Source: Hypanus sabinus | Lineage: Eukaryota | Direction: 5' to 3' | Assembly: GCF_030144855.1 (NCBI RefSeq) | Contig: NC_082721.1 | Coordinates: forward strand, 43,090,001 to 43,154,000 | DNA: 64,000 nucleotides | Part shown: positions 1-11,839 of the stretch, piece after piece | Position numbering within the stretch: position 1 is the stretch's first letter | How the letters are laid out: each line of letters starts with the position of its first letter | The notes under the pieces: generated by a model | Database searches by the model: none | What the model was told of the DNA's origin: nothing | Seen by the model: the letters and a program-made list of their open reading frames with translations, nothing else | Program-made: the position numbers and the translations under genes

Positions 1-194
1 ATTGAGTAATCTATGTACACTCATTCATACATTTACTGAATCACTGTTTAATTCAGTTATAGATATTATTCATAAGAGCTAGATTCTTGCAGATTAGTTT
101 GTATGTGAAAGCAGAAGAAGGCAGGTTTAAGATCAGTCATCTTCTTTCCCCCAACTCATGAGATCAAAAGTTCAATCACTTCCTTAACTGGATT

Positions 195-1330
195 TTGAAC
201 TGGAACTGGTTTACTATTGTCACATGCACTGAGGTACCATTACACAGCACATTGAAGTAATACAAGGAAATACAATAATGGAATTCATGGTAATGTGTAG
301 GAACCTCAGAGAATGTGTAGTGCAGGTCGACAATTAGTGCAAGATCAACATGAGGTGGATTGGAAGGTCAAGAATTTATCTTATTGTAGAGAATCATTCA
401 ATTGTCTTTTAACAGCAGGTAGAAAATATTCTTGAGCTTGCAGGTACATGCTTTCAAACTTTTTCTGATTAGCCTGATGAGAAAAGAGTTGAGAGATAAT
501 GTCCAGGATTGAAAGTGTCTTTGATTATGCTGGTTGCTTTCATGAGCAGCAAGAAATATAGACAGAGTCCATGGAGGAGAGGATGGTTTTCTTGATGTGC
601 TGAGATGTATGCACAACTGTCTCAGTACCATTGATATGGACAGGATCATATGCCAATGATCTAGTGAATTCCTGAAGTAACTGACCAGGTCAGTTGCTTG
701 GTTGACATTGAGGGGAATGTTGTCATGACACCAAGTTACTGAGCTCACAGTCTTCTTCCTGTATCCCAGCTCATTATTCTTTGAGTTATGGCCCACCAAC
801 GTGGCACCATCTGCAAACTTGTAGATGGAGTTAGAGCAAAACTGGGCAGCATTGACTGCAGATGAATATCATCTCCAGGTTGAATATGGCATATATATAT
901 TGATAATAAATTTACTTTGAATTTTGAACTTAGACTGTACAGGGAGTAGAGTAGTGGCTAAGTACAAAATCCTGTGGAACACCAGTGGAAAATACTCATG
1001 GCAGTGGTAGTGCTGCCTAGCCTTACTGACTAGGATTTCTTGGTCAGGAAGTCAAACTTCTTGTTGCAAAAGTAGGTCTTGACTCCAAGGTCTTGGAGCT
1101 TTGAGATAAATTTGCCTGGGATGACAATATTGAAGCTGCAGCTGTAGTCAATAAACAATTGACTGACATAGGTGTCTTTACTTTCCCGAACCTGTAGAGA
1201 TGGCTGTAGAGTCAGGGAGATGATGCCCATCATAGACGAATTGTAATGGGTTGAGGTTGATTGGGAAGCTGAAGTTATTGTGTGCCATGACAAGCCCCTT
1301 AAAATGTTGAAGTCTAGATTGCTTCCACAT
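195..1330 (-). mobile_element. Rex1/Babar-clade LINE, decayed 3' part
   Basis: ORF 1030-1293 KDTYVSQLFIDYSCSFNIVIP..FISKLQDLG resembles the Rex1/Babar RT motif; short-repeat tail near 200. Confidence 0.7.
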
Positions 1331-2254
1331 TGGAGAAAGGATCAGTGTGTGATGTGTCAGCCAAGGGCCTTTTGCACAGACTGTGAAACTTAGAGTGATG
1401 CAAAGGCACTTGTTGATCTTAAGAAGTGGTGGGGTATTTTCATTGTGTGGATCATCTGTGTTATTGAATCCACCAGCACTGAATCAGAGTGAATAAAATG
1501 GTATCTGTTTAGGAAGTATTCTCCAGCCTGAATTGAGAAAGTCCACCTTTCAATCAATAAGAATCATGGTCTACAGCCAACGTTTGACAATACTATAGTG
1601 AAGGATTTTGATATCAGGTCTTGGGGGGATTTCTGTATTAAATGTAGAGCAGAAGCTATTGTAGTATCATGTTGGCAAAGTCAAGCAAAGTCCCTCCCTC
1701 ATTCAGCTTGGTGGTATTTGTCTGAAATGGAGGAATAAAGAATGGAGTTTGTCCTATTGTACATGACCAAGGCCAAGAAACCCTAGGTGTACAATGATTT
1801 TCTACTTGATTATATAATAAGTGTGGATGGGATAAAATGGCTGGACCATATTTGACAGGATTGACTCAAACTAGATATAGGTTCCAAAGTGCTTGTAACA
1901 AATGTTGACTCTTCATTCGTTTCCTTAGAGACTGTATGACCTTCCTAGTTCCTCCAGCAATTTGTCAGTGTTGCACTGTGGGTGACCATGCTCTCCTGTG
2001 AGATACCTGCTCATTTTATCTGGGTGATTGATGGAGACTTGTCTCCAATGTCAAGCAAAGTTAGTGAAATGCTTGGCTGGATCCACTAGAAAAAGATTTC
2101 TGGAGATCTGGAAGGGACAGTCAGTCTGACACAAGGAAGGAAGGACAGTGCATGGGGCACTGGATTGGCAAGCATGGAGTAAGATATAGGTTAATTTCTG
2201 GGATGTGTGTGTTGCCTTGTCCTAAGCAGAAAAACAATTTTTTTAAAAAAGCAA

Positions 2255-5110
2255 GATATTGGGGGAACTCAGCAGGTAAAGCAGCATCTGTGAAGGGAAA
2301 TGGACAGTAGACTTTTTGGGTTGGGTTGTTCCATCTGGACTGAATGATAAGAGGGCAGATATCTAGTTAAAGGTGTGAAGGGAATGGTGAGCAAGAGGTG
2401 ACAAGTGATAAATGGATCAATGTGAAGGTTGGGGGTGTCAGATAGATGGAGAAAGGGAAGGTGTAAATGATGACAAAGCTTGGAAGTGATAGGTGGTGGG
2501 AACAAGGGCTGAAGATGATGGAATCTGATAGGGGAAGTTGGGTAGTGGAATCAAGTGAGGAAGATGGGAATGGTGAGGGAGGGGAGACATAGTAGAATAA
2601 GTGTATTTGTCATGGGCAGATGTTGTAGGTAGTCTGGTTAGAAGTTAAACTTAGATAAGAGTGAGTTATTCCCTTTAAACGCGCAAACCTTATTGAATGA
2701 CAGGATGCCATTTAAAGTTGTTACTGATAACTTTATCTATTTAGGTATAAAAATCACCAAGAAATATAAAGATTTATTTGGACTGAATTTTTTACCTATG
2801 CTTCATCAAATTCAACAACTTACTACAAGATGGTCTCCCTTATTTTTATCATTAGTTGGTCGGATTAATGCTATTAAAATGATGATTTTACCGAAATTTT
2901 TATATTTATTTCAAGCTTTACCAATTTTCATTCCTAAATCTTTTTTTGATAATATTGATTCAAAAATTTCCTCATTTGTGTGGCAAAATAAAAACCCTAG
3001 GTTAAGCAAAAGGCAATTACAAAAATCTAAAAAAGATGGTGGTCTAGCTTTACCTAACTTTAGATTTTATTATTGGGCGAATAATATTTGTAACCTAATG
3101 TACTGGAAACTAGATTTGGATTCACCTGTGTGCCCACAGTGGGTAAATTTGGAATGTAGTGAGGTAAAGGGATATTCTATATTTTCCGTTCTTGGTTCTT
3201 TTCTTCCTATTGATTTAGCTAAATTCAATAAACAGATATCTAACCCTGTTGTCAAACATACACTACGAATTTGGTTTCAATTTCTCAAATTCTTTAATCT
3301 GAAAATCTTTGTTCTGGACAGCCCTATTTTATGTAATTTTTTTTTCAAACCTTCACTGACAGATCAAGCTTTTAGCATATGGAAAAGGAAAGGTATAAAA
3401 TGTTTTCGTGATCTTTTTTTTGAAGGTACTTTGATGTCTTTTGATCAACTTTCTAACAAATTTAAATTACTTAAATCTAATTTTTTTAGATACTTACAAA
3501 TTAGAAATTTCTTACATAAAATTCTCCCATCTTTTCCTAATTCAACTCCATCGGATTTTTCAGATTTGATTTTTACTTTTAATCCTTGCCAGAAGGGATT
3601 AGTAGCTTTTATTTATAACATGATTATGAAGATACAGCCAGAAATATCGGATAGAATTAAACAAGAATGGGAAAAAGAACTTCGATATAATATATCAACA
3701 GATAAATGGGAAAAAATTTTACAAACGGTTAATTCCTCTTCTATTTGTGCTAAACATGCTTTAATACAATTTAAAATTGTACATAGAGCTTATATGTCTA
3801 AAGATAAGCTTGCTCGATTTTACTCGCATATCAACCCTCAATGTGACAGATGTCACTTAGAAGTGGCTTCATTGACCCACATGTTTTGGGCATGTCCCAC
3901 TTTACTTAACTATTGGAAGGACATTTTTGATGTCATTTCCTCAGTATGGAATATCGATTTACAACCCCATTTTATTACTGCAATTTTCGGTATACCAAAT
4001 GAAGATGGTAATCAGTTTTCCCCTTCAATCAGACGAATGATTGCCTTTGTAACATTAATTGCCAGAAGGTCTATACTACAAAACTGGAAAGAAGTAAATC
4101 CTCCTACCACATCTCAGTGGTTCTCCCAAACTATTTCCTATCTGAGTTTGGAAAAAATTAGAAGCACTATTTTTGATTCTTCAATTAAATTTGAAGAAAC
4201 CTGGGGACCATTTATTCGACATTTTCATATGAATTAATTTGGCCTATTTCAGATCCTTTTCTCTACTTATCCTTGTTCAGGTATGGAGTTCCAGAGTTTT
4301 TTCTTGACACTATCATATATTTATAAACTGTTATTATTGCCCATGTTAGTTTAGTTTAGTAATTTTTTTTCAATATATATTTTCTTCTATATATTTTCAA
4401 AATTTTTTTTCTTTTTTGATGATTATTTTTGTTTTTTTTCATATATATTTATATAGACTTGATTGATTTATGTATCTTTTGTTGATTGATGTTTAATAGG
4501 ATATTATTATCCTATTACTAATGTAATTTCAAGTTTATTGAATTTGTAATCTATTCATTATCATGTGTTGTTTTTTTATATATGAAATTTAATAAAAAGA
4601 TTGAAAAAGAAAGAAAGATGTTGTAGGTAGAGCAAGGGGCAGAAACTGAGTGTTAGAAGATGGGGTGAGCTTAGTAAAAATGGGTAGACAAGGAAAATAA
4701 AAAAAATGGAAGAGAGGAAGAACAGTTGACTGGAAATGAGAGAATTCAGTTCTCATGCCATCAGGCTTTATTCTATCCAGCTGGCATAGAATGTGATGAT
4801 CCTCTAGTTTGTGTTTAACATCAACCTGGAAGAGGATGAGGCTGAGCACAGACATGTCAGTGTTGGAAAAGACTCAAAAATTAAATGGCTGGCAACTGGG
4901 TGATCTAGATAGTCATGGCAGACAGAACACAGATGCTCAGCAAAGTGGTCTCCCAGTTTGTGTCTGGTCTCACCAATGCAGGAGAGGCCATATTGGGAGA
5001 ACCAGATGCAAAAAGCAAGGCTGGATGCATTGCATGTGATTTTGCATTTGCATGTCTCACTGGGAACCAGATGTATGACCCTGAAAGTTACCCCCATCAC
5101 AAAGTCTATC
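2255..5110 (-). mobile_element. Penelope-like element relic, split by the L1 insertion
   Basis: CIGETRHKLGDHFAEHL...HPVASH (4804-5112) is a GIY-YIG endonuclease remnant. The terminal repeat at about 2255-2345 carries a degenerate hammerhead motif. Confidence 0.75.
2633..4615 (+). mobile_element. L1/Tx1-clade LINE, 5'-truncated, young
   Basis: Uninterrupted 514-codon ORF2 C-terminus (YLGIKI, GGLALPNF, CxxC...HMFWACP zinc finger), T-rich 3' UTR, AATAAA and A-rich tail, 15-bp TSD AGATGTTGTAGGTAG at 2618-2632 and 4616-4630. Confidence 0.93.
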
Positions 5111-5679
5111 AATTCTCTCTTAGCTCCCCCCTCTTATATTCCAAGAACAAATCATCAAATTTTCAGTATGAGAAGATCAAAGTTTTAGGACAGAAAATAT
5201 GTGAACAAATGAAAATACGATTCAGTAAATTATCAACTTTGGTCTATGTAGATTTCTTGAATATTTAAAATACATTCCTGGGATTTGGGCATTGCTGTCA
5301 AGGCCAATATCACTTACCCATCCCTCAATGGAGTGGTGATGAACCTTGGACTGTTATCCTTCTGAGGAAGGTGCTCTCACTGTGATGTTGGGGAGGGTGT
5401 TCCAGAAGGTCAATTGAAAGACTGGAGATACATTCTGGCCAGGCTGCCAGTTTGAGAGGGGGCCTGAGGAGGTGGTGATCTTCTACATCGTCTGCACTTG
5501 TCCTTCCTGGTGGCCTTGGCCACCGTTTGGGAGGTACGGTCGGAGGATCTGAGTGTATAATTGGAGATTTTCCACCCTGCAGCCATTGTGTACAGCGGTG
5601 GAATGATTGAAAGCTTGGAAGAATTATTCTACGAGGTGTAATCAAGAGGGCTACTCTTCCAGGATGACATTGAGCTTCT

Positions 5680-6130
5680 TTTGAGTTATTGGGTCACAAA
5701 GCCAACAATTCTGTCAACCAAATTATTGGTATATAGCAGAAAAGAAGTGGTGCCAACACATCTCCTTGGAGCACAAGTTGTCACTGGCAGCCAACCAGAA
5801 ATGGCTTCCTGTAATCTCACTTTTTGTCTCCTGCTAATCAACCACTGCTTTATCCATGTTAGTGTCATTCCTGTAATACCATGGACTCTTAACTTGTTAA
5901 GCAGCCTCATGTGCGCACCTTGTTGAATGCCTTCTGAAAATCCAAATACACAACATCCATCGACTCTCCGTTGTCTATCCTGATTGTTATTTCTTCAAAG
6001 AATTCCAACAGAGTTGTCAAAAAATATTTTCCTTTGAGGAAACCATGCTCACTATAGCCCATTTGATCATATTATATCTGGATGTACTGTGTGGATAGTG
6101 GAAAGACCTAGAGTTATGAGAATGTGAGCT
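5680..6130 (-). mobile_element. CR1 LINE RT fragment
   Basis: RLLNKLRVHGITG..LTWIKQWL..RRQKV motif (ORF 5686-5910). Confidence 0.75.
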
Positions 6131-6265
6131 ACCTACCACCACATAACAACATTTGACCTAATCCTGGGTCTAAACTATTTCTCTGGATGGACCATCTGAG
6201 CTTTTGGAAATGTTAACCCTCAGGATGTTGATGGTGGAGGACTCAGCAATGTTACTGTCATTAAA

Positions 6266-6764
6266 TAGAGAGAGTACAGAGAAAATTTACTAGAATGTTA
6301 CCTGGGTTTCAGCACCTAAGGCACAGGGAAAGGTTGAACAAGTTAGGTCTTTATTCTTTGGAGCATAGAAGGTTGAGGGGGGACTTGATAGAGGTATTTA
6401 AAATTATGATGGGGATAGATAGAGTTGACATGGATAGGCTTTTTCCATTGAGAGTAGGGGAAATTCAAACAAGATGACGTGAGTTGAGAGTTAAGGGGCA
6501 AAAGTTTAAGGGTAACACGAGAGGGAATTTCTTTACTCAGAGAGTGGTAGCTGTGTTTAACGAGCTTCCAGTAGAAATGGTAGAGGCAGGTTCGATACTG
6601 TCATTTAAAGTAAAATTGGATAGGTATATGGGCAGGAAAGGAATGGAGGGTTATTGGCTGAGTGCGGGCCACTGCGACTAGGTGAGAGTAAGCATTCGGC
6701 ATGGACCGAGGGCCGAGATGGCCTGTTTCCATGCTGTAATTATTATATGGTTATATGGCTATAA
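6266..6764 (+). mobile_element. CR1 LINE 3' end
   Basis: ERLNKLGLYSLEHRRLRGDLIEVFKIM and RGNFFTQRVV motifs, with a (TTATATGG)-type tail. Confidence 0.85.
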
Positions 6765-8129
6765 ATGTCAAGGCACTGTGATGAGATTCTGTGTTCTTGG
6801 GGATTGTCATTGCCTGGCACAATAGGTTGCAAATATCTCTTGTTACTTATCAGCAAATTACTGAATGTTGTCAAAGACTAGGTGGCCAACAGGCTGGGAC
6901 TGCAGCATTAGCCGAGAGGTTAAAAGTGAAATTGATCATTCTGCTGCTTAGTTGACAGAGTCCTGAAGCACAGAGCTCGCAGACTGAGCATGTGGCAGGT
7001 AGAGAGTGAACAATAGCAGGGAGAAACTTTTTTACCGCAGTCTCACCAATCCAACTATGGCAGATGGATCTGTCAATGATTGCACGGGTAGAAGTGGCCA
7101 TTGGAGCATTCTTATCAGTACAAATCCCTTGTCTACATTGAGGACTCCCTCTAATGTGTGATGTTGAATGACATGACAGACATGTAACAGAGAATAAATC
7201 CAGAACAGCCTTGACAGCTCAGTACTGGGCATCTATGAGGCTCTCTGGACTATCAGCATCAGCAGAATTGTCCACCATTATGTGCTATAACCTTGCAGCC
7301 CAGCACATCCCTGAACCTTCTTCACTGTCAAGCCAGGGCATCTACTCCAGTTGACTGATGAGAACAGCAGGGATTCTGGGAGCAGCACTAGCCAAACCCA
7401 GCACTGATGAGGTCTCAACATGGAGAAAACACAGCATAGCTTCATTTCTCTGTTCTTTTGATTGCAATAGAAAGGGAAATAGGGTCGGAAAATGCAATTC
7501 ACCACCACTCAATTAAACCATCAGCCCTGATTAACATTTCCTTCCAAATTCAGTGAATAAACCTGGGAGGTAAAGTTACTCAGACAACCAACATGACAGA
7601 ATTTCTGAAGTAGTTCTTGATCTGAATGTCACAATTCAAGGAGAGCATCAAAGATAATGTCCCTTTAAACAGCCAGTGCCTGATCAATTCTTAAAGTAAA
7701 AAAGTGTAGAACAGAAACTTCGATATTTGGGTAATGTCATATAAAAGGCAGATAGTAACGTCTTGGCTAAGTTCTGACCAGCCCCTCGCCTTAAAATAAC
7801 AGCTCTTTTCCTGCTGGGGCTGAGATGATCTTTCTTATGATTAATTCAGGTTAGGTTTAAATCAGTGGTTGCTGGGCGAAGCTCTGGGAGGGCCAATTCC
7901 ATGCGGTATGTCTAAAGAAACAAAAATAAATAGACTTTGTACACAGCTGTGTGTGAGATGAACCTAATAGAGACGGATTAACTTCGCACAGCACAGGCCA
8001 TTGGACTAGTAGTTGGATGGCATGAGCAGCTACTTTGGGAAATACTTTCATTATCATTTTTGAAGGACTCTGGTTTTGTGCATTCACTGTGTGTCCTACT
8101 ACATGTTTCCAGAACTTTCGTGAAGAGTC

Positions 8130-8620
8130 AATTAACCTGCTGGCTCTGGAGCAATACAACAGAGAACCTAATTCTTACCGTGGGTTCTTAAATCAATGCT
8201 CCCATGTCTTTGAATTACAACCTGAAAGGTTCTCTCAGACAGGAGTAAGGTGACCGATATAATTTACCTCCTCTTGGCCAGGGCCCTTTCATGGGCAGTA
8301 GCTTTATGACAGAAAGATGCACCTGTGTGTTCTGATACAAATTTCTTCCTAAGAGTTGGGGGGGGCCTTTTTTCAACCTGCTGGGGGTTCAGAATCACTC
8401 ATCAGACTCCTCCAGCTGCATCAGGGTGTGCGATCCATGGCCGACTATTCCATTGATTTCTGTATCCTCGTGGCAGAGAGTGGTTGGGACAATGAGAATT
8501 TGATTGCTCTATTCATACAGGGATTAAATGACCAGCATTAGGATGTTTCTGCAACCAGGGACCAGGTAGAGTATTTGGGGGAACTTATGGACACGGCCAT
8601 AAGATTTGACAACCATATTT
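8130..8620 (+). mobile_element. Gypsy LTR-retrotransposon gag fragment
   Basis: RGFLNQCSHVFELQPERF ... LLQLHQGVRSMADYSIDF..LVAESGWD...LFIQGL is a retrotransposon gag motif, frameshifted. Confidence 0.8.
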
Positions 8621-8809
8621 CTAGAAGAAGAAAGGCGTACTGTGGCGATCGGGGCATGCCTGGACATCAGCCAGTGAGAACAGCAAGAAGAATTTAAAAG
8701 GAGACAGCTTTTTTGAGAGGATGTCAGAGTAGACAGAGACAGAGTAGGAAGGCTTTGGCTCAACAGGGCTTTGGAGATAACGGGTCAAAGCGAAGTAGAT
8801 TATCTGTGT

Positions 8810-10396
8810 CAGGGGTCAGCAACCTTTGCCACTGAAAGAGCCACTTGGACCCGTTTCCCACAGAAAAGAAAACACTGGGAGCCGCAAAACCCGTTTGACA
8901 TTTAAAATGAAATAACACTGCATACAACGTTTTGTTTTGCCTTTATGCTATGTATAAACAAACTATAATGTGTTGCATTTATGAAATTGATGAACTCCTG
9001 CAGAGAAAACGAAATTACATTTCTGCATGCAACAAAAACATTTTGAACTCCGAAAAAAAGACGTTGGGTTGAAAGTTACTTTTAAGTAAAATATTCAATG
9101 TCTATTTGAGTCCTTCTTGTATTTATGAAAAACGCCGAACTTAAATTTTCCGCCAGCAGCAAACCAAAAATAACGTCAGCCAGCTGTCATCCTGAAAAAT
9201 GAAAGGACTATTTCACTGAACAATGAAAAAATATGAATATAAGTAAAATAATAGGCAATTAAAATATTTATCATACTTGGTTAATGGGATTTCTGCTCCT
9301 GGACCTCAGCGCACAGCGTCTGCACATCAGGGCTGTATGATGTCACCTTCATCTTTACACAGGATCGCAAGCTGTCATCTGTGAGGTTTTCAATATCACT
9401 CCATTTGTGTTTCTGAGCAAGAACGGCCTTCTGACGGGCAACATCTTCAAGGTCTGCTGTCAAGCGTCTAAACTTGGACACCCATATGTCTTTGTCGGCT
9501 ATGTCGGCCAGTTCCATCTCAAGATCAGGTTGACTCACACCTGCCAATGCAGTCGTATTCAGTAGGGAAGGATCGATGCTTAAGGGAGTGACCGGGAAGG
9601 ATAATGTGTTTTTTTCCTCTCTGAACTCACAGAAGCGTTTCCCAAACGATGTTTGCATTGCGATGATTGCAGAATGTAAATACTCCGAAATTATCATGTC
9701 GTGACCTTGTTTGAACTCTCTCAAATTGGGGAAGTGAGACAAAGTGCCTTTCTGTAAATCTCTGGCAAGCACTGTCAACTTGCGCTCGAATGCCAAAACA
9801 TCCTCCAACATGTGCAGGGCTGTACGTCCTTTCCCCTGAAGAGCTGTGTTCAGCGTGTTCAGGTGCGCTGTCATGTCTACCATGAAGTGTAGCTTTTCCA
9901 GCCACTCTGGCTGTTCCAGCTCAGGAAAGGTGAGCCCTTTGCTGCCCAGGAAAGTTTTCACTTCTTCCAGACACGCGACAAAGCGTTTCAGCACCTTCCG
10001 TCTGGACAGCCAGCGATAAAAACACGTTGTAGCGGTGTCAGTAAACTGCAGTCAAAGATAGCTTTATTCGAACTAAACAGCCTTGCTTTTCAGCTTCCCT
10101 CAACCCAGCCCCCATGGACGCAGATGCTGCAAAAGACGCGTACTCACAAACCCCCGTAGGCTATCTCCCTTAGCCGGAATGCTGGCTAATTGTGAGCCGT
10201 TTCGGATGTGGCAGGAAATGTGTCGCTACACTTAGGTTGTACAAGATCACCATAATTACATTTCAAAAGCTAACAAACTAACATAAAATACATTTTAATT
10301 AAATACTGACCAATTATTTCCCAAAGCCACAGGGAGCCGCAGCACAGAGGTGAAAGAGCCACAAATGGCTCGGGAGCCGCAGGTTGCCGACCCCCG
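8810..10396 (-). mobile_element. Non-autonomous hAT DNA transposon (GTF2IRD2/Charlie-like transposase fragment)
   Basis: 16-bp TIRs CAGGGGTCAGCAACCT / AGGTTGCCGACCCCCG (2 mismatches), perfect 8-bp TSD ATCTGTGT (8802-8809, 10397-10404), transposase remnant from the RWLS motif to the C-terminus (9281-10015) with internal deletions. Confidence 0.93.
10028..10230 (-). mobile_element. Short solo-LTR-like segment inside the hAT element
   Basis: Bounded by TGTAGCG...CGCTACA inverted termini, with a minus-strand AATAAA; no TSD. Confidence 0.55.
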
Positions 10397-11839
10397 ATCT
10401 GTGTAGATTACGGACAAGAAGTATGTGTGTGAGGCCAGTGTTCAGTGCTCAGTGTCAGATGTGGGAAGTCTGGGAGACTGCCACCCTCCCGGACGGCCAC
10501 ATCTGCGCCGGGTGCGTCGAGTTGTAGCACCTTAGGGACCGCGTTAGGGAAATGTAGATGGAACTTGATGACCTTCGTCGGGTCAGGGGCAGTGAGGAGG
10601 TGATAGAGGCAGGTATGTCACACCAGGGCCTGGGGAGACAGATAAGTGTAACAGTCAGGAGAGGGAAGGGCAGGAGTCAGAGGCTGCAGAGCACCCCTGT
10701 GGCTGTACCCCTGAACAATAAGTATCCCTGCTTGAGTACTGTTGGGAGTTGTGTGGTCTTCCTGGGGGATGCATCAGTGGCTGCGCCTCTGACACAGTGT
10801 CTGGCCCTGTGGCTCAAAAGTGTGCGGAAAAGAAGAGGATGGCAGTAGTGACAGGAGACTCAATAGTTAGGGGGTCAGACAGGCAATTCTGTGGATGCAG
10901 TAAAGAAGCATGAATGGTAGTTTGCCTTCCAGATGCCAGGGTGCAGGATGTTTCTGATCGCATCCATGATATCCTGAAGTGGGAAAGTGACCAGCCAGAG
11001 GTCGTGCTACATATTGGTACCAACAATATAGGCAGGAAAAGGGAGGAGGTCCTGAAAGCAGACTACAGGGAGTTAGGAAGGAAGTTGTGAAACAGGACCA
11101 CAAAGATAGTCATCTCGAGATTACTGCCTGTGCCATGTGATAGTGAATATAGGAATAGAATGAGGTGGAGGATAAATGCAGGGCTGAGGGATTGGAGCAG
11201 GGGGCAGGGATTCAGATTTCTGGATCATTGGGACCTCATTTGGGGCATGAGTGACCTGTACAAAAAGGTTGGGCTGCACTTGAATCCAAGGGGGAACCAA
11301 CATCTTGGCAGAAAGTTTTGCTGAGGCTATTGGGGGAGAGTTTAAAATAGGATTGCTGGGGGTGGAACCAAACTGAAGAGATGGAGGAAGAGGCAGTTGG
11401 TTCACAAACAGAGAAATCTTGGAGACAGTGTGAGAGGGAGGATAGGCAGGTGATAGAGAAAGGACATGCACAAGCTGGTAATTTGAAATGTGTCAATTTT
11501 AATTCAAGGAGTATTAAGAACACAGCAGATAAGCTTAGAGCATGGATCAGTACTTGGAGCTATGATGTTGTAGCCAAAACAGAGACTTAGATGGCTCAGG
11601 GACAGGAATGGTTACTTTGAGTGCTAGGCTTTAGATGTTTCAGAAAGGACAGGGAGGGAGGCGTGGCACTGTTGATCAGAGATAGTGTCACGGCTGCAGA
11701 AAAGGAGGAAGACATGGAGGGATTGTCTATGGAATCTCTGTGGGTGGAAGTTAGGAACCGGAAGGAATCAATAACTCTATTGGGTGTTTTTTTATAGACC
11801 ACCCAATAGTAACAGGGACATCGAGGAGGAGATAGGAGC

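Noticed and set aside
2693-4237. 514-aa ORF as a host gene
   Set aside because: L1 ORF2 C-terminus with A-tail and TSD.
9281-9994. GTF2IRD2-like domesticated gene
   Set aside because: It lies between TIRs with an 8-bp TSD and is internally deleted.
10820-11330. GDSL/SGNH esterase gene (also 12551-13100 and 53200-53660)
   Set aside because: This is the esterase domain of CR1 ORF1, with stops and frameshifts.
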